A stretch of DNA of 63,962 bases, the filler included, from Octopus bimaculoides (lineage: Eukaryota), in the NCBI RefSeq assembly GCF_001194135.2. It is 7 parts of 6 records of this genome, joined end to end, with 100 filler letters (N's around TTAATTAATTAA, not from the genome) between each part and the next. Parts side by side here need not be neighbours in the genome. Positions count along the whole stretch, not along the records: positions 62,825 to 63,962 come from NC_069009.1; 6 more parts are not named here. One strand, 5' to 3'. Below are positions 63,553-63,962 of the stretch, piece after piece. The stretch's first letter is position 1, and every line of letters begins with the position of its first letter. The notes under the pieces are model-generated. The model did not search any database, had not been told where the DNA came from, and saw only the letters and a list, made by a program, of their open reading frames with translations. Position numbers and translations under genes: made by a program.

Positions 63553-63939
63553 TGGAGGCGCAATGGCCCAGTGGTTAGGGCAGCGGACTCGCGGTCATAG
63601 GATCGCGGTTTCGATTCCCAGACCGGGCGTTGGGAGTGTTTATTGAGCGAAAACACCTAAAAGCTCCACGAGGCTCCGGCAGGGGATGGTGGCGAACCCT
63701 GCTGTACTCTTTCACCACAACTTTCTCTCACTCTTACTTCCTGTTTCTGTTGGGCTTGTAATTCAAAGGGTCAGCCTTGTCACACTGTGTCACGCTGAAT
63801 ATCCCCGAGAACTACGTTAAGGGTACACGTGTCTGTGGAGTACTCAGCCACTTGCACGTTAATTTAACGAGCAGGCTGTTCCGTTGATTGGATCAACTGG
63901 AACCCTCGACGTCATAAGCGACGGAGTGCCAACAACAAA
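63553..63939 (+). mobile_element. tRNA-derived SINE family B, full length with a (CAA)n tail
   Basis: GGCGCAATGGCCCAGTGGTTAGGGCAGCGGACTCGCGGTCATAGGATCGCGGTTTCGATTCCC is a tRNA-like head with A and B boxes. The 3' part also occurs at 59496-59557 (-). Confidence 0.85.
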
Positions 63940-63962
63940 TATATGTATTATGTATGTGTTGC

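Noticed and set aside
63553-63630. tRNA-like sequence as a real tRNA gene
   Set aside because: The cloverleaf is poor and the sequence continues into a 390-bp SINE body with a CAA tail. The same holds for all other tRNA-like heads.

Overview
AT-rich eukaryotic (metazoan) genomic DNA from a gappy draft assembly with many N runs. It is dense in microsatellites and transposable elements. The SINE families and repeat landscape look like an octopus (coleoid cephalopod) genome; this is an inference, not database-checked. Two host protein-coding ORFs appear intact and both are single-exon: a type II membrane glycosyltransferase-like protein (8694-9677) and an ARL14EP-like protein with the Cys-rich ARF7-effector C-terminal domain (28988-29767). 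Most of the rest is mobile DNA. This includes Tc1/mariner elements (two full-length mariners, Tc1 and DD37D remnants), a pogo/Tigger remnant, and a probable Chapaev3 (CMC) transposon carrying two nested insertions. There is also a Merlin-like foldback element with telomere-like repeats, five Penelope-like (PLE) RT or GIY-YIG fragments, RTE and R4/Dong LINE fragments, an orphan gag/ORF1, and several tRNA-derived SINE families. The least expected signals, none shown in the ORF track, are minimal hammerhead ribozyme motifs (7519-7642, and an inverted pair at 32658-32903), five back-to-back foldback structures over 31.4-35.2 kb, and a 5'-truncated U6 snRNA copy joined to a SINE head (40386-40474). 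All family assignments come from motif recognition by eye; no searches were run.
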